Source of the DNA: Bugula neritina
Taxonomy: Eukaryota > Animalia > Bryozoa
Assembly (NCBI GenBank): GCA_964035545.1
Contig: OZ037765.1
Span: 7,760,698-7,824,697, forward strand
Length of the DNA stretch: 64,000 nt
Reading direction: 5' to 3'
The first letter of the stretch is position 1. Every line of letters begins with the position of its first letter. Shown piece after piece: positions 39,092 through 58,827 of the stretch. Made by a program: the position numbers and the translations under genes. Below the pieces are notes generated by a model. That model was not told where the DNA came from, ran no database searches, and saw only the letters and a list, made by a program, of their open reading frames with translations.

Positions 39092-42000
39092 CTATCTCAA
39101 AGAATACACACTGTTACAATCAATCAACCCTTTACCCTGCAGGTTGTCACAGAGCGCGTGTAACACGGTCAGCTGTTCTTCTGGCTGCATAGCAAATATT
39201 GTTGTCAACAATTTCTGAGGGTTTGGTATCCTACACAAATGGAAGCAGTTTCTTTATATGCAGGTAAATGCAATTGAGCTTGCTATACAAACTTTAGGAA
39301 AATTAAAAATCAAGTAATTAAGTAAGCAAAGTAAATGCTGCTAGTTCTAATATATTTCTTTTACAATAACTAAAAGAAGGAAGTTCTAATTCTTAACAAG
39401 AGGAGTATTAACCTGGCTGAGTATAAACATTAAACACATCGTAAAGTTAGTCACAACTGCAATGGTTTCATCATACACTAGAAAGATAGCAACATGGAGG
39501 CAATACCAATCATGTGATGGTGATATGAGCTGAGAGAAACACATGACCTCATAGATGCCTACCTTATAAATGTGGCAACATAAGTGTACATGAAGGCCCC
39601 CATGATTATCTGACAATCAAATCTATCCATGAAACCGCCATGACCAGGAAAAACATCTCCGAAATCCTGTAAACAAACACAGCTGTTGAAAACGAATATC
39701 ATCTCACAACAGGAGAATACAACTCCTACACAGACTATTGGTGTTGTATAACCGGATTATTAGAAAATTCACCAATTTACTTCCTATGCTTTGGGTAACG
39801 ACTAATAAACTTTGATATAAACTTAAATGTAAATCAGTTATAAATGGTTATCACTTCTATAAACAACAATTATTTTATACCCACTTTTATTCTAAAGGCT
39901 CTCTTAAAGCCACTAGCAAAGAATCCCCCAAATGGGCCAATTAGAGAAGAGAATGCAGCCAGGAACATACAATGAAAGGTTATGGGATACATCTGTATGG
40001 TGGTCATTGGCATTCCAACCTGTAATATGCAAGAATGACAAGCAATGACAACTCTAAAAGTACAAGTAAATGCTCTGTGACTATATTTTTGGAAGATTTC
40101 TTTTCAAAGGTGATGATTGAAGTTTCTAAAAAATTAAACTCAGAACAAATTATCTTTGTGAAATTTAAATTTGCAAAGTGGCAGTAAGCTGTAAGCTAGA
40201 AACTAATATAATACAACAGGACACATGTAACTATAGTGAGTACAACCTGGTCACAGACAGGTTGACAATATCATATTATTGATTGAAATAGTATTTCAAT
40301 GCAGCAATTAGCTACACAAAATGTTCAACAGTTAATAAGATCAGTAACCTCTCTTATACAAAAGGTAATTATTGAGCTTGTTAAGTTACAGCCTACACGG
40401 TATTCATTAACCAGACTAGCTATCAGTATAGACTGCATTCAATATGTATTGCCTGCTTGTAGGTAAGCAGTGTGTATGCAAGTAGCGTATATATGGCAGT
40501 ACCATGGCCATGTTGTAAAATGTATCGGCATACACAGAGTTTAGCAAACTGTCATACAGAGTTGAATATAAACCAAGGAAGCCCAGTGTATGGTGTTAGT
40601 AGAGTTCTCAATAGAATATAATGAACATAGAAATGAATACAACATAGAATTATCTACTCACTATATTAAGCAAGGTTTGCACTGATTTAGGCAGAACATA
40701 ATCTGCCAAAACGAACACAGGATTTCTGATACACTCATCAAGTGATAAGCCATCTTTCTTCAGGCTGTATTCTATGGGACACACCAAGTAGTCATACTGG
40801 ACCATGATGCTAGTTACCTACAACATATATCATAATAGAATACACTTGCCAGTACTTTTCTACTGCATACAGCAAGTACTATAACGTGATGTGACAAATC
40901 CAGCTTACAATATACACAACAATTTGGGAACCATTTTGGCAATTACAATCCTAAGCCATTATGTTAGTGAGGTGATATAAATAAAATTCTATTGCAGTGT
41001 TATAAAATAAATACAGAGGATTGCTGCTTCACCATAATAACATTTCAGTTACAATATTATCCTTATTTATAACATTTGTTTTATAATAGGTTGTCAAAAA
41101 TTATTAGATACAAATTTGTATCATAAAACTTGGAGCAGTAAAACTTGCGATAACACTGTAGATGAGAGTTGCGATTCCTCCGCCAATGTAACCTTCCCAA
41201 GTCTTCTTTGGTGATAGCTTTATCAATGGAGTTTTGCCAAAGAAGAAGCCAAACAAATATGCCCAGATGTCATTACAGATTATCATGGATGTGCAAAGGA
41301 AAAACCTACAAAACATTAGACATTATATTACAGCTAACCAAATCATATATATTACCAGCAGTGTCCAATGTTGGCATAAATGTGATTCAAAAGTGAAACA
41401 ATTGACATTTATGTCATACAAATTAACATATAATATAATCTAGTCTAAGTAATTTAGAGCTGGAAAACATTTGCTAGGTCTTATGTATGAACAAAACTGG
41501 AATCAGTAAATCGGCATATATCTTATATAGTTTCTAAATGGTAAAGCATTTTATTATTAAAATATATAGAAATATGAGTATTAAAAATGTTAAATCAATT
41601 TCAACATGTATTCATTTTTAGTGTGGCTCCAATATGATAAACTAATGTCTTTGAACGAGAAACAGCGCAACTTCTTTTACAACTAGAAAAACTTCCCCTG
41701 GTAACATTGACACATTATTATAAACTTTTTATTCAAATAAATTTAGGAGAAATCAACATTTTAAAAAAAGTTGAAGAATTTTCTCACCAAAATATTCCTT
41801 CAAATATGAGTCTGGTAAGGAAATTGGCTCCAACTGCAACCACAAGCAAAGTGACATGCGTATATCCAAACTAAAATACGAGTAGTATTACATTAAAGAA
41901 GTCATAGCATAGAGAAATGAACAATTAGGCATAAAACTATCAACAAAAGATTAGAAAACTTAGTTCCCCCAGTCAAGTGTCATAAAAGTTTGATGATAAT

Positions 42001-43547
42001 TTAAATACTACCATGTAAATGTTTAAACAAACATATCACAGGCGACAGCATTGCAACTTTCTTATAACGACAAACAATACCATTAGATGGTTAACCAGTA
42101 AACTTCTCCACTTCACTGACTAAACAATGCAAGAAACTTACGAGTGTAAACTGGCGAAGATAATACTTCTTCTTGAGGCTACACACAAACGCCACAATTC
42201 CTGCTACGTACAAGGAAATCGAAATGAATTTGTGATACGTCAGAAAGTAGATCAGGAAATCCTAAAAGTAAAAAAATAAATAAGAACAACCTTGTCCAAA
42301 TTTTGATAACATCTTTCTCATTGTATGCAGCTTAAAATGGTACAATAGAGGGGTTAAGGTTAGCACAAGTCACATAAACGAGTATAAAAACTATGTTATT
42401 TATCCCCAGATTCTACTATAGGTATTTCCTTGATTTAAGCAAATAGTATTAGAAATTATTTTAACATACATAACTATATATAAATGAACACAGAGCCAAT
42501 TATAGTGATAATTACTCACTGTTTTCTGAAGAAGAACACCAAACTGGTCTATTATCATCTCACCGTTGATGTAGTAATTGGCAGTCACTAGGAAATACCA
42601 ACTGAGTGTGCGGAACCATGGCAGATTCTGAGACCGATACACAACGTAACCGATGTTGATGATCTCCGAGAAACATTTCAACTGAATTCCCATAACCTAT
42701 CAAAACATTACACTTTCTTTAAATAATAGACTTGAATATAGTGGATGGAAAAATAATGATCAAAATTGCACCAGTAATGTTTGAAGAAATAACTATTAAA
42801 GCAAAGTATTTCAACTAACCAGTAAAACTAGAGCGATGGGTCCAAGGTAGAGCAGGACAAAGAAGCTGGTAATCATACAGATGCTCAGCACAAATCTAAT
42901 AGTGTAGCTCCTCCATCTAAATAATTATTTATAAATCATATAATACATAGCACAATAAAATATGAAAAATAAAATTCAAATGTTCATAAAAGCTGATAAG
43001 TCTACTAACTTCTTGTTTTTAAAGTTATACGGACAGCTACAGATACATGGCCAAATTCACCTTTGAGACATGTTTTTGGTAACAGAGTCTAAAATCTCTG
43101 GAGTGACATCCGTGCCGGTTGGAGCAGCTTGAACTAGCGGACTCTTATCTCCTTTCGCAGTCGCAAAGTCATGCAAGTCATCATTGTCTGAATCTTCAGA
43201 ATCCGGCTAAAAATCAACTTTTGATAACTAGCTCTTACAGTTTATGCATAACAACAAAAATACAAAATGATCCTTTTCCCAACAGTAGCGTATAGGTTGC
43301 ATGTACCACATTGTTTAGTATTGATGTAGTATAAAAGATGAAGGGAGTTTGTGTAATTTCTGCACATATTTGGGTGAGTCACACAAATAGTATTCAATTA
43401 AAATATAATTTGAATATTTATGGCTAAATCATGCCAGAACTTCTTGAAAGCCCCAAAGCTTACATCACCAGTAGATGGAGAGAGGTGTGGGGTCTGCTTA
43501 TCTGCGCCATCCCCTTCCCCAGAGGTTCGCTGTCGAATCTCACTCAT
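39092..43547 (-). CDS. CDS2: Phosphatidate cytidylyltransferase (CDP-diacylglycerol synthase, CDS1/2 family); first coding exon 43464-43547, last 39092-39230
   Basis: MSEIRQR start, [101 protein letters not shown]. Co-orthologous to CDS1/2. Confidence 0.93.
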
Positions 43548-44179
43548 TGTGTTGTCTTTTAGTTTAGCTAATCTATTAGAATAAAAGAACTTTAAACATT
43601 TTTTAAAATACGACTATTAAATGATACGTAGCCCAATTTTTGAATGAAAACTCATTCATTGGCAAAATGTAAATTTAAAGTAAGAGTATCAGTTGTATCA
43701 CACTATTTCTCCAACGGTGACATACACACAGTAAATAAGACATTTCAAATCTCAACTACCAGTATCAGACTTAGTATTACTATTGTCATTAAACGTATAC
43801 TTATAGTTGCAGCTATTATAATTTTAATTTTATTACACTTACAGCAACTGTAAGACTGGAAAGTACATTGCAAAATTAAGTTAAAGAACCAGCTTAACGT
43901 TGCATATCTATAATTATTTTAAGATTTAGCTCAAAAATTAGTTTCTCTTTGTATAACTATTATTCTTGATAAAAATTAGCATTGATTTCAAGTTCATGTT
44001 GCAGTTGAGTCTACTCACTATTGGATTTGGCATGAACATGTTGATACTAGCATAGTTATAATATAGCCAATATTATATCAAGTAAGGTAATCACGTAGTA
44101 CAAAATCTTAACAAACCTATAGGCATAGCCGTAGGCTATAGGTAAAAGTTTTAGTTGATAGAAATGCACATAGCAATAC

Positions 44180-44384
44180 GTATCTTTATACTTATACTAA
44201 TCTGAATTAGTAAAATGAGTAATGTTATTATTATTAATACTACTAATTGATTAGTAATACTAATACTAATAGTAATACTAATAGTTATACTAAAAGTAAA
44301 ACTAATACTTAATTAGTTAATAGTAATACTAATACTAATAGTAATAGAGTAATAGTGATTCACTGACTGTGATAGTCATAGTGA
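44180..44384. repeat. Degenerate 6-bp-periodic tract 5' of the CDS gene (low-complexity sequence resumes beyond the LINE at 45451-45800)
   Basis: aatact aatact aatagt aatact aatagt tatact aaaagt aaaact aatact. Confidence 0.75.
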
Positions 44385-45450
44385 TACCTCCAGTTACCTC
44401 CAGATTACGATCATGCTAGACCACTAGGTAGCAGAAGCGGCATGCCTCATATGTTTATGGTTGGTCAGAAAGTAAAATGCATACAATAGTCCATAAATTG
44501 GTTGCAGTGTGTGTTGCAATATTGTTTATTAGTACAGGTAAGTTAACCTGTCAATGTTTAGATTATTCTGTGTGTAAATTAGTCTTGCAAGGATTGTTCC
44601 CTTTAAGGTCACGGATTGTTCGTGGCAAGAAGCTGTTATAATAGCAGTTATTATTGGTGCTGACTGATCTTGGCTGTCCTAGTGTTTGGGCTCTAGTTTG
44701 GATAAAACTTTCCGGGGTATTTTTTAGTTCGTCATACGCTGCAGAGAGTGCTGGGTGATATTCTTCCTTTTGGAGTATCCTCATAAGGAGTCTTAGCCGT
44801 TGAGTTCTTCTTCTTTCATCGAGGGCGGCCAGCTCCAGTCTTTCTTTTGCTTCTCGCACTCCTCTTCTACCCTTGATGTTAGCTATGGCTCTTACTGCCC
44901 GTGTTTGTACCTCTTCGATGGAATTTATTTCTTTTGGAGTATAGGGGTCCCAAACAGCAGAAGCATAGTCTAGGTGAGGAAGGCATAGGGATTTGTAAGC
45001 CATGAGTCTCACTTTTTCGGGTGCCCAGTGCAAAGCCCTTTTGATCATCCCCAGTTGTTTGTTTGCTAGCAATATTTTGCTCTGGATATGATTATCAAAC
45101 TTCAGGTTGGCCTGTAGAGTCACTCCGAGGTATGTTGATTTGTCCACCTGTTCTAGAACTGTGCCATTTAACGTGTAGTGTGCTGGTATATCTTGCTCTT
45201 TGAATGCCATAATTTTGCTCTTTTTAACATTGAACTCCATACCCCACTTTGAAGCCCAACTTCCTGCTGCATCTATGTTCCTTTGAAACCTTAGTCTGTC
45301 TTGGTCATCTGAGACAGGCTGGTAGAGGAGGGTGTCATCTGCGAAGAGACCAACTTCACAATCAACACAGTCAGGGAGATCATTTATGAACACGAGAAAC
45401 AGTATGTGGCCGAGTACAGAGCCCTGAGGTACCCCAGACGTCACTGGCAC
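44385..45450 (-). mobile_element. 5'-truncated non-LTR retrotransposon (CR1/L2-group-like LINE): C-terminal RT fragment plus 3' UTR
   Basis: Uninterrupted 295-codon ORF (44563-45450) with SGVPQGSVLG, FINDL, LFADD, YLGV and AYKSLCLPHLDYASAVWDP; GC content well above flanks; 3' end has a short tandem repeat (CTGGAGGTA x2, 44385-44404) and a small stem-loop near 44415-44434. Confidence 0.92.
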
Positions 45451-47387
45451 TAATGATTAAATTTGAATTCATCATCAATAATGAATAGTAATGTTATTAT
45501 TATTACAATAATTTATCAATTATCATAATCATTACTATCATGACAATTTAAATTTTAATTAGATTACAATAATAATGCAAATGATCATCATCATCATTGA
45601 CGTTATTAATATTATCATTATGATTATCATAATGAATATGATAAACCTAAAAGTAAAGTAATTAAAATGATTAACTCATTACATTTACTTATTACTCATT
45701 AGTGACACTGACTAGTCATGATCATTAACATTATGATTATCATTTAGATTTATCATTATTCATTATCATTATGATTCACTTTTACTTTTAGATTGTGATG
45801 ATGAAAATGAATTGAAATAAAAATACAGAAGAAAATACTATTTTATTAGCCTTACGTGAAGTTGAACTACCCACTTTTACCTCGGGTTATTATTAGTTTA
45901 AAACTGCATCAAATTATTGATTAATTGATAATGAGGCCTTTGGAGTTTAGACTCCAGGTTTACCGTTTTAGGTCGATTGACCATTATCATTATGATGATC
46001 AATCTTCTGTATATTTTTCGATTTGTCGTACTCCAAGTACGATAGAATAGTCATATTAAAAGTCCCTTATATTATCGAAGTAAAACAAGCATTTCATATG
46101 ATGAAGCATATTGCTTAGCAGGGCAATTGACTCCCGAAGATGTTCAATACGTGTGTAAAAGAGTTGCTCTCTCTAATCTATGTGCATAAACTGTGGACAA
46201 GTGCTGATGCTCTATTTACTCTGTCATGAAGAATATTAATCTGTCTATATAGGCCTATATATTATTTTTTATGAGCAAAATTTAAATCTCTTCTCAAGGC
46301 CAACATTCAAACATTCACGTGAATTATATTATATATACATGCATATATAATAATTTAATGCTTTTGCTAACCTTGCTTGCTGAAAAGACAACACGGCTTC
46401 TGACTAAGTCATTATAATTGTATTTAAGAAACCAGCTCAGTGTGCATATCCTTATATTATTATATACGGATATATAGTAAACAGACACAAATCTGGCTCA
46501 TAAAACTGTTTACCGAGGATGGTTTAATGCTCAAACGCCTTTTAAATTTCACACTTGCCTTTCAACAAGCCAGCAGAATAGAATCCTTCAAGTTAAGCAG
46601 TTCCAGATTTTCATGCTATTCATATAGTAATATAGTTTTCTCAGTTGGCAGACTTTTAAACTAAATGAATTTGCTTTTGTTAGGTTAATAAAATAACTTG
46701 GTATGCAGGTTTAGTTTTCACAATTAAAAAATTGTATATTCTTATATATTCTAAACACTTTCTTTACACTTAACAGTCAGTATAAAGACTACAGAATTTA
46801 ACATTTAAAGTTAACTTAGATCCTTCACTAACCTGAAAAATTATCAATGAATTATATTATAGGATCATAGTAAAGTATTGCAGTATTAAGGCACACTACT
46901 AAACCATTTGATGTGTTCACAGTAAATCGAGTGCATCAATGTTCAACTAGCAGAACACAGGATTTAAGTTATGGCAAAAGTTGATAGTTATAGCATAGAA
47001 CATTTATTATACCTCTAGGTATGTCAACAATAGAAATGTATTGGCATGAACATGAAAATTGTATTTTCTAGCCAACCAAGTGAAAAGTACAAATTTATAA
47101 ATGATTACCGATTGACAACCGTTTATTTTTTAATACAACATAAAACTTGCTAAATGAACTCTCTACAGATGTCACTTTCATAGAAAACTAATTCCTGTTT
47201 GTGCAACTAAAAAAAAGTTTACTGATGACATCAACTGAATGGGTATAAAAATATTGTGGTTATTCACAAATATGACCATGCAGAAGGACACATTTCAATC
47301 GGATTTGGTACCATTGTAGAAACACTGAAAATGCCAGATGAGATTTTGCCAAGTAACGGAAGAAAGTTTGTTAGTTGAATGCATTGA

Positions 47388-52036
<4,649 letters not shown>

Positions 52037-54134
52037 GCTGCTTGGTTATAGTAGAGAACACATGGGTGTGAACTTCGTCATAGTTTTATGTGCTCAATTG
52101 TATATGCTATCGCGGGAAGATTCGGGAATAAAACGCTAGAGAAAGGAATTGTCTTCTTTAAAAAGCCACAGATTGTGTTTTGAAAATACTGCTATGTAGT
52201 TGATTTGATACCGACTCTCCAACACAGTTTTCCCTAATTTCGGTTAGATGCTATTGTTAGAGCACTGGCACTAATCGGAGTGGGGGTAGTTGGAAAAAAT
52301 CTAATGCAAATGCTTAGAGCTAAAGCCAATGACAACTAATAAAAAAATAGATGAAGAGCTGCAATAGAAATATGGCATGAATATATTTTAAGGTATTGTG
52401 CAATGCCATATTTGTTACTAGGAACGTTATACATACTGTAGCCAAGTGATGTAATTGGTGAGTTCAGGGTTATAACTTTAGATCCTACAAACCTGTAATT
52501 TAGGCAGCAAAAAGGTAGTTTTAAACTGTTCTATTTCCTTGCAAGCAAGAGTGAATTTGTAAAAGTTATTGTTATAGCTTCATTAGATAGAGACAAGGCT
52601 GAAATTCAAGCAGTCAGCAAAATGTAGTGGAAATTATAAGAAATAAGGGTATATCATAATCAATAATACAACATACTAACTATTGTAGCACACCAAACCT
52701 TGGCCCACCTTGCACAAAGATTTGGAAGATTGTACTGGGTAGCTATTGAATAATACTAAGAAGCAGTGAGAGTTATGAGCCTTGAAGCAAGATTTAAACA
52801 TTTTTAGCCGATTCACTTTTATTTTCACAGTCCTTTGCTCAAGATAACTAGCAAGGACCTCTTTTTATACACATCATTCAAGGTTTCTTTTAGGTAAGGA
52901 TAATGTGCTGCAGCACTTTTTGCTCCAACTTTGTGATAAATTGAGCTAAACTGCTATAATATCAGTTTATTTTACAAACCTGTATATTGCACATTAGCTA
53001 ACTAATGACATATAAACAAAAATAATTATATCTATCATTATCATTTATAGATTATAAAATACTAATAATAGTTGAGCTATTTTACGAAGGTTTCTCTTTC
53101 CCTGAGTTACCAAAAATGATATAAATACTTTATAAGCATTGCTATATATATTTGCAAATAACCAAATAGCATAAAAGATTACCCGTGTAATATATAGACC
53201 AGAGAAATTGTATTTGAAACCCAAGTGTTTACTAAAAGGCTTGGAAGGACAACTCTACATCCGTAAAAAACAAATTTGCCAAGTAGTGATTCGGCACACA
53301 TAGCTGATACGTAATAACCACCCTGGTTTAACTAAGCTTAAAAGAACCATATGCTTTTTTTATTTAGAAACCAACAGGATGAGGCATTGTCAATTCTGGT
53401 GTGTTAAAGTTCTCTGCCTTGCATAAAGCAGTATATTCTCCTGATTTAGCTAGAAATCTGTTGAATTTGACTAAATTTGAAGGCAAGCTTTTCAACATTT
53501 CATGCTGGAGAACAAGGGTTGAAGACTGCACAGGCCTACACATTAGCAGGAGATGTAGAAGGAGTGGATGTAATTATTCATGATACAAACCAACTGGTAA
53601 AGGCTTATTGAATGAGACTAAGTGTATCACACATGTGTGGTACACTTACTTTCAATCTACTCAACGCACACAATTATGTTGAAAAATATCATATATACAA
53701 ACACTGCAGTACTTACATCGCATAATGCAAATGAGGGCACTAAATGATTAGAGTAAGATAACGAAAATTCCAAAACCAAATAATTAACAATTAGCATAAT
53801 GCAGAACTGTCCATACATTTTTATTAAGAAATCTTAACTATTTTGCATCATGTACTTATAAATATCTCAAAAACTTAACAGAAAAAAAGCAATAGTTTGA
53901 CAATTACACTTAAAAAAAGTTACATATAAGACTTGGCTCTTGTAACCTTGACACACCTAGTACTGTGGCATCAGGTCTTATTTATTTTACATATAGGGTA
54001 AGCCCAGGTAGAGGCGACTGAAAATTTAAACTTACTAGGAGCTTACTCTACATTACGCAAGACATTTCTACATTAAGTGAATAAAACTAGCTGTGTTTTA
54101 ATGAAATAGGCATATATGTGTACAAGCATACATG

Positions 54135-57027
54135 CTACCTTAATGTAACCCCTAGCACAGTGGGTAAATGTGTCCTCATCCACTGGTAGTACTGATATGC
54201 ATATGAATATGGCAATGCCCTGTCTAGTGACTGGTAGGTTAATCTATAGCAATGACTCACAGTGTGTGTCTGGGGATGAGTGTAAGTGTCAATCAAGGTG
54301 ACATCTCTCACCAGGTGGTTGGAGAATTTATACACATAACTGGTGAACATTCCTGTATAAAAATTCTCTTTAACCCAGAAACTGACATCGAAAAAATATG
54401 AAGGCGGGTATATACTGAGTTGTGTGCCCTTGACTACATTAACTTTATTTTCACCAACCATAACCAGATTACCAAGGTTCAAATCTTTTCTTGCAAAGTA
54501 CCGTATATCCTCTTCTTCAAACAGACATTGTAGTATCAGAGCTATGGATACAGAGACAACTCCACCAGAGGTAACCCTTCCAACAACTAGATGCTGGGAA
54601 GTACTAGACAAGCTCTCTAGTGAAATGCACGAGTCGCTTATAGAAAGTTTGAAATTTTCACCAAAGTAAATAGCTTCCAGTTCGCAACTATCTGGGACTA
54701 GAGTAACATAATTTGAACAGTAGCGGGAAGACAGGCTATCATTCGTAGATTGCTGAGCTACATTTGTGTCGTGCTTAGCCGACCAGCACTGGCACAGAAC
54801 CGAAACTAACTGCTCTGCCAAACAGCCTTCACTTGGCCAACATCTGCAACAGCAAACAATATTAGTGTGCATATAAATACATTTAGGTGCATTAGTGGAA
54901 AAACTTTAATAGCCCGGAGCGTTCAACTCTTGATACATTTTGGTTGAAAGCAAGGGTTGAAATTCTGGTAAGAATATGGTTCTTTTACTATGTTTCGAAA
55001 ATAGAACACATGTTTTTTTTTCAACTACTCCATTACTGTACCTATCTCTATAAAGAGGTGTTACAGCAGCTGAACTTTATGAGTATATAGCACATACATC
55101 TCTGATAAATCAATAATTTCTAACAAGATTTATAATGTATACACAGAAGATTCCAGAAGCTATATCATAGTATCATAAAATATGCAGATTAATGGCAAAT
55201 AGAAACTAGATTTGTCATAAATGAGCGAGATTAAACATTAAACGTCAACCTAGTTTTAAATACAGAACTACTTGAACTAAGTTAAATAAAAATTAACTTT
55301 TCACACAAAAGAAGAGAGTAACTTACACTGGATCACTGAATGTATTAGGCTGTGGTGGGAAATTGGCCTTCATGAATTTGTGAACAAGGGATCCTTGAGT
55401 ACGAAACATTTTATTCTGACTTCTACAAATGACAGAATAAATTACAAGCTCTTTCAACTACCTGCTTATTCAGCTATCCAACATGTCACATAGTCTTGTG
55501 GCATTAGCATTCCAAATAAATGATAAACATGATCACAGAAAGGCAAAGTTTAAACAAACTAGCAAATTATATTAGTTTAATTACTTCAAGATAAAACAAA
55601 AATGTTTTCTCTAGAGTCTAGCAGTAATAAGCCTTTTTCCACAATATTATTCATCCTCAATAAAAGAGACTTTTACAGAGACTTGCTGTGGGCAGCTGTG
55701 ACAAAGACAAACCTAAAGCCAGTAGATAAATAGTCTTGAAATATTTCAGCCGCTTCAAATTTGTTGACTGATTTTAGTATCAAGCCTGAGTTTGCTGCTT
55801 TGGATGTGACTTGCCAGCTGTTACACCACTCACGTTGGGGCTTGTCAGCACTGGTTCCACCTTGACCTTGACATAGGGTCACCAGTATCGCACCCATATC
55901 AGTTAAATGATCGACTGCACTATATAGAAGAAACACAACCGTTACAATTAACAATCATATTAACAGTCGATAGAATTATGTGAAATAAGTGTAATAATAA
56001 ACCACAAAAGGCAAAACAGACTATCAACTAAATTGAGCCATTCCTAACATTGACCTAGTTATATCGTTGAAGATTAAATATTGTTAACATATCAGCATTA
56101 GAATAAAGGTAAAGACTGAACTAAGTAGACAAAACGCCTATAATTACAGCAAAGAATAAACAAAATTTGAAATGGTATCTGAAAGAATCATTCGTATATA
56201 TGCTATATAGCTCTAACTATAATAACCAACAATTTATATCTGCACTTGGTTTGTCATAAAGAACTATGTACAATTTGCAAAACAGTTGACATAGTTTTAG
56301 GAAATACAATATAAAAGTAAAAATAGCCACCTTTTAAAAAACGATTCTAAAAGTTGTCTATTCTTTTTGATGTTTGACTTTCCTCCAACATGAGGAAAGT
56401 TAAAAATAATGTAAGAAAACTGAGTGCCGTTGAATATGTCTTGTAAAGATGTTGCATCAACACTTGTCTTGACCTCAACACCTACAGTAATCAGAAACTA
56501 ATAAATTAAAATATACAACAAAATGAATTAATAACTTAAGAATTCAATAAAATTTAGTAGAAATCCATAACAAATTATTTAAAGTTACAAGTCTGTTCTG
56601 CATTGCCAACAAAACTGTAATAATTAATTGAGGTACACAAATTTTGTGTTAGCTATACAACAGCCATTGGCATTTACGGTATTGATAGTTGAATAGTGTT
56701 GGAAAAGTGTTTTTATATAAAATATATTAAGTGACTGCGCTACTTATTTTTTGCTTATTATGTTGAAGTAGGAAATTTCAAAAAGGGAAAAAGAGTAACG
56801 CAGAAGCTCCATAGGCCTATCTACAAACCTTTGTGTTTTAAATATTCTAAATTCCTCAAAAAATCTGGGTATTTGGATATCATTATAGCTTCACTTTCTA
56901 ATGTAGTAGATGTTACATTCAGGCTGCTATAACGCTTTGTAAAAGCTACAGAAAATGAAAAATCCCCATCCCCAACAATCAAAACTGAACGGCTCCCTGG
57001 AACCATGTTGAGAAATTCTTTATCCAT
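54135..57027 (-). CDS. FDXACB1: Ferredoxin-fold anticodon-binding domain-containing protein 1 homolog (N-terminal DUF2431/Bmt5-like methyltransferase fold plus C-terminal FDX-ACB); exons approx. 56829-57027, 56331-56482, 55713-55919, 55327-55422, 54135-54843
   Basis: VLIVGDGDFSFS, VDATSL, IIFNFPHVGGKSNIKKNRQLL, VTLCQGQGGT..D...REWCNSWQV, C-terminal SIYPPSYFFDVSFW...CYRLTYQSLDRAL...LGVTLR. Confidence 0.88.
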
Positions 57028-57389
57028 TATTTGTCTTGAAGCTTGAATTTAATCTACAAATATAATAATTATGTATAATAAACTATTGGCAATCTTATAG
57101 TTATACTAGTTATATCCAGAGCAAGATTTAGATGGTGTCAAACTATATGCTCTAAAAGTTTATAGCAGACACTGGTGAGTAAAACTGGTTTATAGTTGTT
57201 TGGCTGACCAACAGCACCACGTTTATATAACTATAAGGGGGAAACATGAGCCATTTTCTATTCCATTTTCCATAACCACTGTTATCAAAATAACTAACGT
57301 AAATGAAGCAAAGTGAAGCTTAACTCAAACTGGCAACTGCTCACCTTGAACTCTCACTCTGCATTTGCTAAGCACACTTTTGGATAGCA

Positions 57390-57830
57390 GTATCCTATAC
57401 TCATAGTCATACTCATACTGATAGTGATACTCAAACTAAGACACTCACACTGACACTCACACTGTCAGTATACTCTAAGCTACTAGTACTAGTACTTCAC
57501 TACTAGTAGTAGTACTACTAGATCGATACAACTTACAAGTACAACTGAACTACATGTCAACTAGTACTACTAGTGTAGTACTAGTACTACAAGTCAGTAC
57601 TAATACTCTATTACTACTAGTGGTAGTACTAGTACTACAAGGTCAAGTACAAGTTCAAGTTGAAATACAACTAGTACTACTACTACTACTACTAGTTGAG
57701 TACTAGTACTACAAACTGAAACTATTATATTATTTATATCAGTAGGACTGTATCAGTATGAGTACGTTAAACCTAATGCAAGTACAACTAGTAATAAGTA
57801 GTTTAAGTAGCTGCAATAGTAATAGTTTTC
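57390..57830. repeat. Degenerate ACT/AGT 6- and 3-bp-periodic tract 5' of FDXACB1
   Basis: tatact catagt catact catact gatagt gatact caaact ... act agt act act agt. Confidence 0.8.
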
Positions 57831-58827
57831 CTATATTTGGAATATTGTATTGAATTTAATAATCGCAACGTCGACACTGAAATACAAAATGTTTAAAATT
57901 TTGCACATAGGCTATTGAATTTGAAAGTGAAACCAGTTATCACGCCGACAGAAACAGAAGAAACGGAGTCGCTATAGCATCAAGAAGTTTTTACCATTGA
58001 ACTATAGTTATAGTTTCAGTTCAGTGGTTTTTACCACTAAATCATCGAGTTGTGCAAAGAAAACTTTACACTATACATCTACCAAACAATTATTGTGGAA
58101 TCAAGTCATCAACAGATCTCGAGCATATTTTTTGCAAGCTGCAATATAATATTATTACTGAATTGGAATTTTGACATTATAAAAGTAATGTTGAGTATTC
58201 TGTTCAACTAATAATTTTGTGTAGATGGCAAACTCTTGAAGTCTATTTCAACTCTTCTTTATTCCAATAAGTAACTATTTCAATTTGTCCTTATTCGTAC
58301 ACAGGCATGTTTGTGTATTGGCAATTAGTACACTCCCTCTCCATACTGGAATTTGTTTTTTCCTTTTGTTGAAAAACTACATTGTTTACTAAAAAATATT
58401 TGAGAGTCTAGCTTGTCAGTAATCCTTAACTGCAATAACACTTCTGAAGCTACTACAGTTTCAAGTGATAAACTAATAAATTAAAATTGGTACCTTAGAG
58501 AGTTTAGATATCTATTGAGCAGCGAGAACAATAAAATAACTAACTTGCTTACATGTAATACATAAAGAAGTTCAGGAACATTATTTTATAACTTTTACAG
58601 TTAAACAATAGAGTAAAAAGACTTGCAACTTATAAATGAGTGAAACTATAATAATACACTGTCTGTAGCATTTAATTTAGTTACCAAAGCCAACAGGACA
58701 AAAATTACCTGGGCAAAGGATAAAACTGAGAATATAAAATGTAATACTAGGATATAAAATAAAATGTGATTGAAGGCATAAAATGACTTGATTTCATATA
58801 CTATTTCGCCGTAGTCCTAATCAGCAA

